Shown here piece by piece: positions 27,625 to 42,531 of a stretch of DNA of 64,000 bases. Both the position numbers and the translations under genes were made by a program. Location of the stretch: positions 434,001-498,000 of the forward strand of contig JBODTK010000016.1 of the NCBI GenBank assembly GCA_050613775.1, given 5' to 3'. Each line of letters starts with the position of its first letter. Positions within the stretch are counted from its first letter, which is position 1. The stretch comes from Neocallimastix sp. 'constans'. Lineage: Eukaryota. The notes beneath the pieces were generated by a model. It did not search any database, was not told the origin of the DNA, and saw only the letters and a program-made list of their open reading frames with translations.

Positions 27625-28414
27625 AATATTTTATTAATTGTAATAAATTATGATGTAAAATATTTATATATTTTATTATTATGAGTACTTTATTTTTTTT
27701 TTTAACAAAAAACAAAAATTATTTTGTTTTACATCATAATATTGATGACTTTTAGAAATAAATTTATAAATTTGATGATACGGTAAATGACTAATTTTCA
27801 ATAATTAAACTTTATGTAATTAATATTTTATTATTTTTTAATAATATTTTTAGCAAAAACTATTACCAATTTCATTTATTTTTTTTGCATGAGATAATTT
27901 TTATTAGGATATTTTAATAATAAAATGTTAAATATATTAATTAATAATAATTTATTATTTAAATTAGTATTATCATATAATTATTATTTTATTCATTTTT
28001 TTAGGGAATCTTTATGTAATTAATATTTTATTAATTGTAATAAATTATGATGTAAAATATTTATATATTTTATTATTATGAGTACTTTATTTTTTTTTTT
28101 TTTTTTTCTTAACAAAAAACAAAAATTATTTTGTTTTACATCATAATATTGATGACTTTTAGAAATAAATTTATAAATTTGATGATACGGTAAATGACTA
28201 ATTTTCAATAATTAAACTTTATGTAATTAATATTTTATTATTTTTTAATAATTTTTTTAGCAAAAATTATTACCAATTTCATTTATTTTTTTTAGCATGA
28301 GATATTTTTTATTAGGATATTATAATAATAAAATGTTAAATATATTAATTAATAATAATTATTTAAATTAGTATTATCATATAATTATTATTTTATTCAT
28401 TTTTTTAAGGGAAT
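27625..28414. repeat. Two tandem copies of a ~390-bp unit also present at 36813-37189 (MULE left flank)
   Basis: Units 27625-28009 and 28021-28414 share e.g. TTTGATGATACGGTAAATGACTAATTTTC and end TTTTTTA(A)GGGAAT; near-identical third copy at 36813-37189. Confidence 0.92.
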
Positions 28415-28883
28415 GAGGATTAATATATTGTGGCGTATTATCATGCATATAAATAAATTTATGAAAAAATTAAACAAATAAACATAGAAAACTTTATATT
28501 AAATATTTTATTTTTAAAGAATATTGATTTTTGTATTAATATTAATATTTTTTTTTAAAGAATATCTTATTTTATGAATATTTAAAAAGAATTATTAATA
28601 TTATTAATAAAAAATATATATATATATTATTATATATTATTAACTTTATTAATATTAATATATAGTTTAAAAAAAAATAAAAAATAAAAAATAAAAGTTA
28701 TTAATAGAAATAAAATAGTAATAAATTAAAAAAAAATAATTATATAATAATATTTAATTAAAATAAATAAAAATAAAATAATAATAATAATAATAATAAT
28801 AATAATTTAATAAATAGAAAGGTTTATATATCTTAAAATATATAAAAAGAAGTAGAAATAAAATATTCTTTACAAATTTTGTC

Positions 28884-28925
<42 letters not shown>

Positions 28926-30715
28926 CTAATAAAATATAGATTTATTTTTTATTAATTTTTTATTTATATTTTTTTTACAGCATTCAATTTCAACATCTAA
29001 AGCCATATTACAATATGTAACATTGGGAAATACAACATATTCTTTTTTTATATTATTGATTAATAACTATATTTCATTATTTTATAAATTTCTTTTTATT
29101 ATATAAATATTATCATATATTTTTTAGGGAGTACATTTTATGATATTCAAAAATCAAAATGTCGTAATTTTTCAGTCTCCATTTCAAGCATCTTTATTTA
29201 AAAAATATTGTGATGATCTTTTTGTGGATGGCACTTTCTATGTAGCTCCTGATTTTAGTTATCACTTCTTTTTCTATATTAAGAAATAAAGAGCAAGAAA
29301 CCTATAAAACATTATTTGAAATAATAAAAAGGAATTGTGATATTACAAAAGATAGTGGGTTTGCACCAAAAATCTTGACTTTAAAAGAGCCATATCTAAT
29401 GCCGCAATAATTGTATTTCCAGATATAAATATTAGATATTGTATTTGGCATTATAAACATTCGTTAGGACATCATAAAAATAAAATATGCTATAATGAAG
29501 TAAATCATAAAAGAGATTTATATGTTTATTATAACTCTATATTAAATTTATTTATTATAAATATAAATAATATATTTGATATTTTTTATAAAATTAAAAA
29601 ATTATGCATTGAAAATAACTATAATAAATTTTTAATATTTTTGGAATATTTTAGAAAAACATATTTAATTTTTTATGATATTGAAAATTGGGATTATTAT
29701 AATAATATTGAACATATAACAAATAATGCCTCAGAATCATTTAATAATTATTTAAGTAGCTTATTTTCAAAAAAAAATACCAACTTATTTTAGATTATAT
29801 ATACATTAAATAATGATATATCTTTATATTCAGATACCTACGAAAGAATGCTTGGCGTATGGAACAAACAAAGAGAAAATTATTAGCAGAAACTAATAAA
29901 ATCAAAAATATTGAAAGTTACAAGAAAATGGATTCATTTTTAATTGGTAATGAAAGAAATAGAAGTCATATTGCTGGATTATGTTTTGAATGCTTAATTA
30001 ACTTAAATAATAAAAAAATTTATTAAATTATAATTTAATTTATTTTTCTAACCTTTTATAAAGTAAGATTATAATTAAACCTATAAGTTTAATTACTAAT
30101 TTTAGTTTATTTTAATAATTAAATTATAATTAAAGCATTAAATAATATACTCAATTTTTTTAGTTAAATTTTAATTTTATATTTTATTATTATAATACTA
30201 TTATCATATCGATATCATTATTATATACTTTATTATAATAATACTATTATTAATATCAATATCAATATCAATATTTTATATTTTATATTTTATTTTTATA
30301 TATCAATATCAATTTATTTTATTAATATAAATTTGTAAAAATTTATTTTATATTATATTAAAATACTAATATTTAACATTAAATATAAAATAAAATAAAA
30401 TATTTTTATGTTTTTATTTAAATTAAATCAATTTTTAATTTAAAATTAAAACTTTTAAAATAATTAATCAATATAATAAAGTTTAGTTTTTTCTTTTTAT
30501 TATTAATTATTTAATAATTTTATTTATATATCGTATTTTTCAAATAAATAAATACCTTTTTTTTTTTTTTTTTTTTTTATAAATATTTCTTTTATTAAAA
30601 AAATTTATTAGTAATTTAAGATTTTATAAAATACTGTGTAAGGACTTTAAAGGTGTAAACTGATCAATTAATTATTTAGGTATTATTTTTTAATTTTTTT
30701 TTTAATAATTATATT
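28409..30715 (+). mobile_element. Decayed MULE (Mutator-like) transposon, copy 1; transposase pseudogene about 29140-30027
   Basis: Translates to LFVDGTFYVAP, AISNAAIIVFPDINIRYCIWHY and HITNNASESFNNYL (MULE DDE and CxxH motifs), with deletions and frameshifts. Starts GGGAATGAGG, resembling the termini of copy 2. Confidence 0.85.
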
Positions 30716-31317
30716 AAAAAAAAAATTAATATATATAATACAATTTATAATTTATTTATTATTAGGTATATTTAATTACTATATGTTATTTATTCTGGTA
30801 ATTTTGGTATATTTTTAAATTACTATATAGTATTTATATTTTTTTGGAATCTAAAATAAAAAGTTATTTATTTATTTAATTTTTTCAAAATAGGATAATA
30901 TAGTATCATTAAATTTTAAACTCTCTTGAAACCTAAAATATATATATATATATATATATTTATCAGGAAATTCAATTTCTGTTAATTTGTTATTTGAAAA
31001 TGGACTTTTTCAATATGTAAATTTGAAAAATTAATAATAGAAGTTTTTCTATGCCATATCGGTTTGATATTGACTTACTTGTAAAGATTTACTAATAACT
31101 GGTACAGTTTTAGTTTAAGAAATTCGCTCTTAAGGAGAAGCTATTTTAGATGCTTTTATTATTCATCTAAAGCCAAATTTCCACTAAAGAAACAAATAAA
31201 ATGTCTAAATAAAATTATTTTTTTTTTCAATCTAACAATTTTTCTTTTCTATACTTTTGTCAAAAAAAAAAAAAAAAAAAAAAAAAATATTGTTGTATTT
31301 ATATTTATTTATTTATT

Positions 31318-31362
<45 letters not shown>

Positions 31363-31589
31363 AATTTTTTTCTTAAAATATAAGATGGAATATATTATTT
31401 ATTTAAAATTTTCTTATAGTATATCCTAATATCCTAATAGTATAAATTTTATTTATGAGCTATAAAAATTAAATCTATATAAATAAATAATAAAAATAAA
31501 TTATAATTTTATCTTTGTTGTTTATTTATTTTATTTATTTTATTTTATTTTTGCAAAGTAATAATGAATTAAAAAAAAAAATTTTATAA
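30712..31589. repeat. Duplicate of 42884-43760 (region downstream of the importin gene)
   Basis: Near-identical, same orientation (e.g. GAAATTCGCTCTTAAGGAGAAGCTATTTTA in both). Confidence 0.93.
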
Positions 31590-32407
31590 TAATATATATT
31601 TTCTGGTTTACGTGAATTTGGATCATTAATGACAGCAACTAAAGCCGGTAATGATGTTTTTGATATATTTCAATTATTTATATAAATATAATATATCAAA
31701 TCAAAATATTAATAAATTAATCCATATAGTTAATTTTTATTATGATTAATAAATAATTTACCAGCACATGCTTGTGCATAAACTTCGCCACCAAATTTAG
31801 CACAAAGGCCAAAATACCACAAGCTGCAGTATGTCTTATATCAGCAGTAGAACTAGAAATTCCACTAACCATCTTTTCTAAAAAGTGGCCTTGGTATTCC
31901 CATGAAGTGACACCTGTAAATTCAATTAAATCAGCATAAACACAGAATGCCCATTGGATGGCTGCAATATCATTAATTTCATTCTCTATTATTTATAGAA
32001 ATTTTTATTTAGCTAATAGAATTTTATTAATAGAATTTTAATTATAAATCATATTAATATATACCATAAACCTATCAACAATTGGAACTAAATTATTAAA
32101 GTATGGTAAATATGCAGTACCATGTGTCTTCAGTATAAGGTGAATAGCTTTTGAAATTTTATTAAGTAATGCATCTTCATCAGCTTCTTCTTCTTGTAAG
32201 TTTTCTTCATCTTCAGCATCATGATCTTGGTCATTTCTGTATTCAGTTCTACGTTTAGTACGTTGAATGTATTCATCTAATTGACTGATAGTTAAATTAG
32301 TAAAGAAATCTAATAATTCTGGAGTTAAACAATTATTTCCAAGATATTCTATACACTATTTTATATTATAAATAATTTAACAATAAAACAATTAGTTAGG
32401 AATGAAA

Positions 32408-32447
<40 letters not shown>

Positions 32448-32747
32448 CATATATATATATTATATATATTATATCTAGGCAAGAAAAATAAAATAGTAAT
32501 AACATTTATAATATTCTTTATAAATTTTTAATTAATAAATAAAAAAATAAAAAATAATTACCTTCTGTAAGGACATATATATTTTACAAAGGAAAGTTGA
32601 ATCAAGTTCACGATTTATTATATCCAACATTTCTTTACAAACATTATGCCATATGTTGAGAAGGTTTTCATGAGCTAATTATGATTATAAATAAAAAAAA
32701 AAAAAAAAAAAAGGAAAAAAAAATATTCAATTAAATATATATTAAAT
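31590..32747 (-). pseudogene. Partial genomic duplicate of importin-beta3 3' exons (copy of 44674-45848), introns retained
   Basis: Near-identical to 44674-45848. A 2-nt insertion (AGGCCAAAATACC vs AGGCCAATACC, about 31811) frameshifts it; the start and final exon are absent. Confidence 0.92.
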
Positions 32748-33146
32748 AAAAGAATTTATTTCACCATATGTTAAAGAAGATAGAACACCAGATGAAAATG
32801 GCAAATTACCAGGTAGATTAAATGAAGCTAGTTTAAATTATGATTATTCTTATGAACATTTTGAAGGAGTTACAGAATTCAGTACTATTCAAATCCATTT
32901 CAATGGATTACTTGGATATTCGTATGGTTCGAAAAAATAGATTCTTGATAAATTTGTATTTGTATGTGAAAATTATGATAATTGATTGTAGTGTTGAGCA
33001 AGAATATCTCGATAATTAATGAATTTAGTTCTTTCAGAAATAATTATGAAATTACAACCGAAATTGTAGAAGAATCAGTTGAAACTACTGCAGTTTCTTC
33101 TGAACCAACTTCCATTATAATTTCTGAAAGTAATACCATTGAACCA

Positions 33147-33178
<32 letters not shown>

Positions 33179-33293
33179 ATCATTCGTTACTACTTTAACT
33201 ACTTCTATTCCATCCACTGTCACTACAAAAACTACTAAAACTAAAACTACAAAAACCAAAAAAAATGATATTTTTAAACTGAAAACATTCTAA
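32748..33293 (+). pseudogene. 3' fragment of a CotH paralogue with a Thr-rich tail
   Basis: 32748-33060 closely matches 35878-36183 (KEFISPYVKEDRTPD..GKLPGRLNEAS). TGG has become TAG at 32938-32940, followed by a +1 frameshift. The tail differs from that of the 35-kb gene. Confidence 0.88.
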
Positions 33294-34578
33294 ATGAATG
33301 AAATATTTTATTAATATTAGAAAATGAAATAATAATATATATTAATGTTAATAATATTTAATATTTATTCTAAATTAAAAAAATTAAAAATTAAAAATAC
33401 TAAAATAATTTTTTTTTCTTTTATTAAAAATGAATATTCATAAATTCATGTTATTTAAAAATATATTTATTATTCTAATAAATTATAATTATTTAAAATA
33501 TTTATTATTTATTTATTTATATCATGAGATAAATATATTACTAAAAAATTAAAAGAAAATAATACTAAAAATATTTAAAAAGAAAAAAAAATATTATAAT
33601 TTCAGGAATTTTTTTTTTTTTTTTTTTTTAGATTTTTATATTGAATTATATTATAAATTTAAATTTATATATATTCATTTTTAATTAAACCGATAAATCA
33701 ATAAATACATCACTAAAAAAAATATTATAAAATAGTATATTGTCTGGAATATATAACTTTTTTATAATTATTTATTTTGAAAATTATTATTATTATTAAA
33801 TTAAATCAATTAATAATTAAACATCTTTTACTAAATATAATTTTAAAAATGAATCATTTATTAATAATTCCTATTATTTTTAAATTTTATTATTAAATAT
33901 ATGGTAATTATTAAATTAATGATAAAATAATATAAATGTCCACTCTGGAAGTAAAAAACTTATATTGAAATAAATTTTAATAAAAATTAAATAATTCAAT
34001 AAAAATAAATAATTAATAAATTCATATTAAATTATTATATGAAGAAAAAGAAAAACCATTTTTATATTAAAATTTTGTATTAACTTTATTATTACAAAAA
34101 CTTAAATTTTCTTTATTTTCCGTGAATTGCTATTTAGCATAAAATAAATATATTTATTTTCTTCTGGGATACATTTTTCTTTTTTGCCAATTAATTAATG
34201 CACTAAAAGTCTTTTTTAACATTTATTTGAATTTGAAAAAAAGAATTAAAAAATAATTTTTTTTATTTAATTAATAATTGTTTAGAATTAATAAATATAG
34301 TTAATGAACATATAATAATTTAAACAAATAATATTATTTTAATATATTATTTAGATATTGTATTTTATAGATATATTATTATTATTATTATACTATTACT
34401 AATTATCAAATTATTTTATAAATACTTTATATTTTTCCTTTTAATTTACTTTATTCATTTACAGGTTTATAACCTTTTAAAACGATATATATTAATTTAT
34501 TAATTTTTTCTTTTCATAAAATAAATATATTTTTTTATTTCTAAATAACTAATTGATTGAAAATAATCTATAATTAAT

Positions 34579-36414
34579 ATGAAATTGCATATTATTTCAT
34601 ATATAATTTTTGGTAAAAAAAAAAAAATTATATCATCGATTTTTTACATCTTAATATTTATTAATACTTAACTAAATGATCTATTATATATTTAATTTTT
34701 AAATTTTAAGTTATTGCAATTTATGCAATAACAGTCAGAACAGAATTTCTTGAAAATGCTAAACGAGCAGAATATTTCAAATTAACAGATCATGCTGTAC
34801 CAACTATAGATTTTACTATGCCTGATGAAGAATATGCTTAATTGAAAGCTGGAATTGTTGCTGATAACGCTGCTAATGGCTATGATAATCCATGGAGTGA
34901 TTTTAAAACCAAAAATGCTACCATGATTTCACTTTAAATGGGTAAGAGAAAAGAAAAAAACGTTATTTTAAATTATTTAGTTATTTTTTTTTAAATTTAA
35001 AAAATAATAAATATTAATTAATTTATATTATATTCATCTTTATAGCCAAGTTCAAAATTTCAAAAAGGTAACTTTTTTATTAGGTGGTATGTCTTCTCAT
35101 TATTATCCAAAATTAGCATATAATGTAAAAATTCGTGGAAAAAAACAACTTTTTGGAAGAAAACAGTTCCGTATTCGTTCCGATATTAGAGATCCTTCAA
35201 TGATGCGTTCAAAATTATATTGTGATGTTTCAAATCGTTTAGGTTTCGTTAATTCTACTTCCACTAATTATGTCAAAGTGATTGTTAATAATGAAGATTT
35301 AGGTTTTTATATTATTATAGAATATAATGATCCTGATACTACTGATTTAATTCAATGTAAATATATTTTTGCATTTTTAGATTATAATTCAACTTATACT
35401 AATTGTGTTAATGAAAATGAAGACAACCCTGATATGACAAATTTCGGTGTTCTTTTAAATACTCTTGATAATGCTAATTCTATCAGAGAAATAAATGAAA
35501 TATTCGATGTTGAAAACTTTTTAAAAAATATGATTTTAGAATGGCTTACTGCTTCTTGGGATCATTTAACACTTATGGGTCATAATTATAATGTTTATAA
35601 GATTCCTGATGGAAAATGGACTTATAGTGTTTATGATTATGATACTACTTTTGGTGGTGAACTCGGTCTTGGATTATTCTTTAGAGTTCCTGAACCTTTA
35701 TATTATGATGATCCGGATACTTGGTTCAAAGTAAAATTTGAAAATTGGATTAATAATAATCAACATATCATGCAAGTTATTATGAATGATAAAAATAATC
35801 CATTCCTTGAATATCTTCAAGAAATTATTAATAATGCATTTAATCCAGTACTTTTATTTAAAAGAATCGATGAAATTAAAGAATTTATTTCACCATATGT
35901 TAAAGAAGATAGAACACCAGATAAAAATGGCAAATTACCAGGTAGATTAAATGAAGCTAGTATAAATTATGATTATTCATATAAACATTTTGAAGGAGTT
36001 ACAGAATTCAGTACTATTCAAACCCATTTCAATGGATTATATGGATATTCGTATGGTTTGAAAAAATGGATTCTTGATAAATTTGTATTTGTATGTGAAA
36101 ATTATGATATTGATTGTAGTGTTGGACAAGAATATCTCGATAGTTATAAATTCAATTCTTTCAGAGATGCTTATGAAATTACTACTGGAGATGTTGAAGA
36201 ATTAGAATCTACTAAATCAATTAGTACTGACACAGAAATTACCACCACTACAACTGCTACTGCTACTACTACAAGTGAAACTTCTGATAATAAAACAATA
36301 AATGATGATAATTTAAATGATGAAAATAAAGATGAATCTAATAGCGCCAATCAAATTCATATAAATTCATTATTGATAATTTTATTAATGAATGTTGTTG
36401 TTTTCATGTTATAA
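34579..36414 (+). pseudogene. CotH-family kinase with signal peptide, Ser/Thr stalk and hydrophobic C-terminus (GPI-like); apparently disabled
   Basis: Exons 34579-34612, 34711-34941, 35046-36414. In-frame TAA at 34839-34841 and a 1-nt frameshift near 34927 in exon 2. Exon 3 keeps FRIRSD, SWDH..HNY and VYDYD but seems to lack about 10 aa after LGFYIII relative to the 4-6 kb paralogue. Ends ESNSANQIHINSLLIILLMNVVVFML. Confidence 0.82.
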
Positions 36415-36461
36415 ATTAAATAATATATTAAATTTATTATGTAATCTATGTATGCAAATAT

Positions 36462-36865
36462 GATATTTTTATTTATATTAAAAAATAGAAAAATAGAATA
36501 GATATTTTTATTTATATTAAAAAATAGAAAAATAGAATGAATATTTTTATTTATATTAAAAAATAGAAAAATAGAATAGATTATATTATAATAGTATTAA
36601 ACAAAAAATAAAATTATATATATTTAAATTATATTTATTTATATTTTATTATTATAATAGAAATTAGATAGTTTTATTAATTGTAATAAATTATGATGTA
36701 AAATATTTATATATTTTATTATTATAATAGAAATTAGATAGTTTTATTAATTGTAATAAATTATGATGTAAAATATTTATATATTTTATTATTATAATAG
36801 AAATTAGATAGTTTTATTAATTGTAATAAATTATGATGTAAAATATTTATATATTTTATTATTAT
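36462..36865. repeat. Two short tandem arrays (~39 bp x3 and ~67 bp x3)
   Basis: ATATTTTTATTTATATTAAAAAATAGAAAAATAGAAT x3 (36463-36578); ATTATAATAGAAATTAGATAGTTTTATTAATTGTAATAAATTATGATG... x3 (about 36651-36865). Confidence 0.9.
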
Positions 36866-37183
36866 GAGTACTTTATTTTTTTTTTTTAACAAAAAACAAA
36901 AACTATTTTGTTTTACATCATAATATTGATGACTTTTAGAAATAAATTTATAAATTTGATGATACGGTAAATGACTAATTTTCAATAATTAAACTTTATG
37001 TAATTAATATTTTATTATTTTTTAATAATATTTTTAGCAAAAACTATTACCAATTTCATTTATTTTTTTGGCATGAGATATTTTTTATTAGGATATTTTA
37101 ATAATAAAATATTAAATATATTTATAATAATTTATTATTAAAATTAGTATTATCATATAATTATTATTTTGTTCATTTTTTTA

Positions 37184-40106
37184 GGGAATGTATTTGGAAA
37201 AATTTCATTTAGGAAAAGTTTTATTTGACAAAATTTTAATAGATAGATAAATAAATAATAAAATAAATAAATAATAAATTTATTATAATATATTAATAAA
37301 TAAAAAATTTATAAAATTTATATAATTAAAAAAATTTTATTATATTTATATTTGTTGGATAAAAAAAAAAAAATAGTTTATAATTTAAAATTATTTTTCT
37401 TTTCATATATTGAATCAATAAATAATAATAATATTTATGATGATAAATTTTAACAATAATAATAAAATTTAATTAGTTAATTTATTAATTGAAAAATAAA
37501 ACTTTTAAATATTCAAATATTAAATATTAAAAAAATGAAATAATTTTTAAAAGGATTTTCAAATAACTATATATTAATAAAAGAAAAAATTAATAAAAAA
37601 TAAAAATAAGCTCAATTTTATTTAAGTTTTATGTAATTAAATATATTTAATACGATTGAATAGTTGAAAATTAATTAAAAATATTTAACAAAATGGAAAA
37701 ACTAAAAATAAATATTAGTGAAACTAATAATAATAAAATATAAAATATTGATATTAATATTTAACTAAAAAAATTGAGTACATATTTTATTTAATGATTT
37801 AATTATAATTTAATTATTAAAAAATAACTAAAATTAATAATTAAGCAAATAGGTTTAATTATAATTTTACTTTATAGTTAGAAAAATAAATTAAATTCTA
37901 ATTTAATAAATTTTTTTATTATTTAAATTAATTAAACATTCAAACCATAATCCCGCAATATGACTTCTATTTCCTTCATTATCAATTAAAAATGAATCCA
38001 TTTTCTTGTAACTTTCAATAATATTTTTGATTTTATTAGTTTTTGTTAATGTTTTTCTCTTTTGTTTGTTCTATACGCCGAGTTTTCTTTTGTAGGTATC
38101 TGAATATAAAGATATATCATTATTTAATGTATATATTAATCTAAAATAAATTGATTTTTTGAAAATAAGCTACTTAAATAATTATTAAATGATTCAGAGG
38201 CATTATTTGTTATATGTTCAATATTATTATAATAATCCCAATTCTCAATATCATAAAGAATTAAATATGCTTTTCTGAAATATCCCAAAAATATTAAAAA
38301 TTTATTGTAGTTATTTTCAATGCATGATTTTTTAATTTTATGAAAAATATTTAATATATAATTTAGATATATAATAAATAAATTTAATATAGCGTTATAA
38401 TTAACATATAAATCTCTGTTATGATTTACTTCATTATAGCATATTTTATTTTTATGACGTCCTGATGATCGTTTATAATGCCAAATACAATATCTAATAT
38501 TTATATCTGGGAATACAATTATTGCTGCATTAAATAAGAAATGGTATAAAATTCATTTAATTCCAAAACAAAATTTCTTGTAATGAAAACCTGATAACTG
38601 AAATCAGGAGTGTAACGAATTTGTGATTTATTTTATCTCACTAGGTCATTGTAGATGTGTTCACTAATAAACAAAACTAGTAAATGTGAGATTTTTGTTG
38701 TTTATTCTAAATATATTATTACACTAAATTATGTTATTATAATATTTTCATAATTATGGTTTTATATTATTTTTTATTTAATATTAATTTTGAGATACGT
38801 TATTTTGTTAATATCGACTCAAAGAGTCAAAATAAAATAATAATACATGATTTTTATACTCAAAAAGTTATAATTAAAATACATGATTGATTTAAAATTA
38901 AATGGATACATGATAATTATTTAAATAAAAATTATTATTTTTATTATTACTATTATTAAAAATTTAAATGAATGAAAAAATTAATAACTAAATAAATATT
39001 TATTCCAAAAGGTAAAAGATAAGATTCGAACCAGTGATATTTAGAATGTAAGGCAAGGTAGGCACCATTAAGTAATAATAACCAAGGTATAACGATGCTA
39101 ATATCATTACAAGGAGCTACATAGAAAGTGCCATCCACAAAAAGATCATCACAATATTTTTTAAATAAAAATGCTTGAAATGGAGACTGAAAAATAAAGA
39201 CATTTTGATTTTTGAATATCATAAATTTTTCATTTTGTTTTGTAATATATAAATAATGTTTTTCTGGAATTTCCTCAAAACTTGATATGCTGGAAGGAAA
39301 TTATTTATTTATATCTCTTGTTATTTGTGATTTTATAGATTTATATTCAGGACATATAAAACCAATGTCTTTTTAAATTTGATTAAATGTACAAATTTAT
39401 TTTTTATTTTATTAAATACTAATATTTAGCATTAAATATACAAAAAAATAAAATATTTTTTATTTTTATTTAAATTAAATTAATTATTAATTGAAAATTA
39501 AAACTTTTAAAATAATTAATCAATATAATAAAGTTTTATCAAAACCCATTTAGTTTTTTCTTTTTATTATTAATTATTTAATAATTTTATTTATATATCG
39601 TTTTTCAAATAAATAAATACCTTTTTTTTTTTTTTATAAATATTTCTTTTATTAAAAAAATTTATTAGTAATTTAAGATTTTATAAAATACTGCGCAAGG
39701 ACTTTAAAGGTGTAAAATGATCAATTAATTATTTAGATAGTATTTTTTAATTTTTTTTAATAATTATATTTTAATTTTAATAATTATATTTTAATTTTAA
39801 TAATTATATTTTAATTTTAATAATTATAATTTAAATTATTATCCTTTACATCTTTTAAATTATTAATACATGTATATTATATATATGTGCATATATATAA
39901 TTTTAAAATTAAATTTTAAATTTATTTATTTATTATAGTTTTATTTATTTATTTTTTATTTATTTAGTTATTTATTTAAATTATTTAAATTATATATATT
40001 ATTTGTTTTATTATTAATTTATTTATTTATCAACTTTTAAAAAAATTTTGTGATATGAAACTTTTCACAAAAAAAATTAAGAAATGAAATTTTCCGAAAT
40101 GAAATT
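37184..40106 (-). mobile_element. Decayed MULE transposon, copy 2, with imperfect TIRs and candidate 9-bp TSD
   Basis: Left end GGGAATGTATTTGGAAAAATTTCATTTAGGAAAA vs reverse complement of right end GAGTGTGAGGCATTTCGAAAAATTTCATTTCGGAAAA. Flanks ATTTTTTTA (37175-37183) / ATTTTTTAA (40107-40115). Transposase remnants about 37905-39385 on - (FVDGTFYVAP, YCIWHY, TNNASESFN). Confidence 0.85.
38611..39111. mobile_element. Solo LTR (501 bp) inserted in the MULE transposase
   Basis: Begins TGTAA, ends TTACA; perfect 5-bp TSD AGGAG (38606-38610, 39112-39116). MULE copy 1 shows the empty site (TGTAGCTCCTGATTT at about 29241-29255). Confidence 0.9.
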
Positions 40107-41603
40107 TTTCGAAATGCCTCACACTCATTTTTTAATAATATATTAATTTATGTAATTAAAGCATAATTTAAGAATTTATGTTAAATATACATAAAATTAT
40201 AATATTATTTATTTATTACACCAAATAATAAGTTTTTATATTGAGTTTTGATAAATTTTTACTTTTTGAAAAAAAAATTAATATTTATTTATTGAATTAA
40301 TATTTATTACTTTTTTTTATTACTTATTATTTATTATTTTGAAACTCATTTTTAACATTATTAATAAAGTTATTAAAAGTTTAAATAAATGAATAGAAAG
40401 TAGAAAAAATATAAACAAAATTAAAATTTAAGAAGCAAAGAAATTGTATATACATAAAGGATTGAAATTATTGTTCAGATATGTGAAGCAAATTTGATGA
40501 ATTAAAAAACTTTAATTATTTAATTTTTTAATAAAATATATAAATAGTATGAAAAACTTATAAATCAATCTACAGTCACTTAGAACTGAATCAAATACTA
40601 AAAAAAAAATTAGTAAAATAAAAATTGATATTTTACAAAGTATTATACAAAATTGTAGCTTAATATGTCTACTTTTAATATAAATAAAATTTAAATATAA
40701 TTTTTTAAAGAAAATTTAAATAAATATAAATTTATTATAAGTTTTATAATAATAGGCTTTGAATCTTTATTATTACAATTGTGTAAATTCGTAATAATTG
40801 TGTTACATTAATTTATATATTTCCACTTATTACAATTGATAAAATATTATAATATTTTGAAAAAAGCCAATAATTTAAATTTTGTCATTTCAATTATTTA
40901 CTATTGATAATACGTTATTATTTTATTATAAAAATTTAACTCTTTTCTTTAATGGTATATTTATAAAAAAAAAACTTTTTAAATGCATAAAATATTATTT
41001 AATAAAATTTTAAAAGGAAAAAAAAAAAATTTAATTTAAGCTATAATAAAATATTAATTTCCATTAATTTATTTACATAGAAATATTGAATATATTGAAT
41101 GAAATCTGGTTTAATTTATGGATTTTAGGACTTTTTTTTTTATTTTCCATAAAAATTAATTTAGTTTTATTGTACTATTGTATATATTATATTTATAATT
41201 TGATATATTTTAATATAAATTAAAACAATAAAAAAATAAAATATGTTTATTTTCATTATAATTTATAATTAATAAGGTTATTTATTATTTATTATAAATT
41301 CCATTAACCATAGATAGTAATATTATTAGAAACAATCAAATAATAATAATATTAAAAAATACATATTTATTTTTTTATTTTATTTTCTTTTATATTATAT
41401 TGTTTAATATAAATATTTTTATATATATTGTTAAATTGAAGCATTAATAAATTTTTAAATATAAAATTCTAAAATTTTAGGTTTATAAAAAAAAAATAGA
41501 AAAAAAAAAAAATAAATAAATAAATAAATATAAAATATATATTTTATATTTATTTATAAAGAAAAAATATTTTCATAATTTTCACTTTTTATTTTAAATT
41601 AAA

Positions 41604-42531
<928 letters not shown>

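Noticed and set aside
28020..28208. Repeated 62-aa and 74-aa ORFs (also 36761-36985)
   Set aside because: They lie in the duplicated 390-bp flank, start at TTG and vary in homopolymer length; similarity reflects DNA duplication, not coding constraint.
38956..39222. 88-aa ORF as a standalone gene
   Set aside because: Chimera of a MULE transposase piece reading into the solo LTR.
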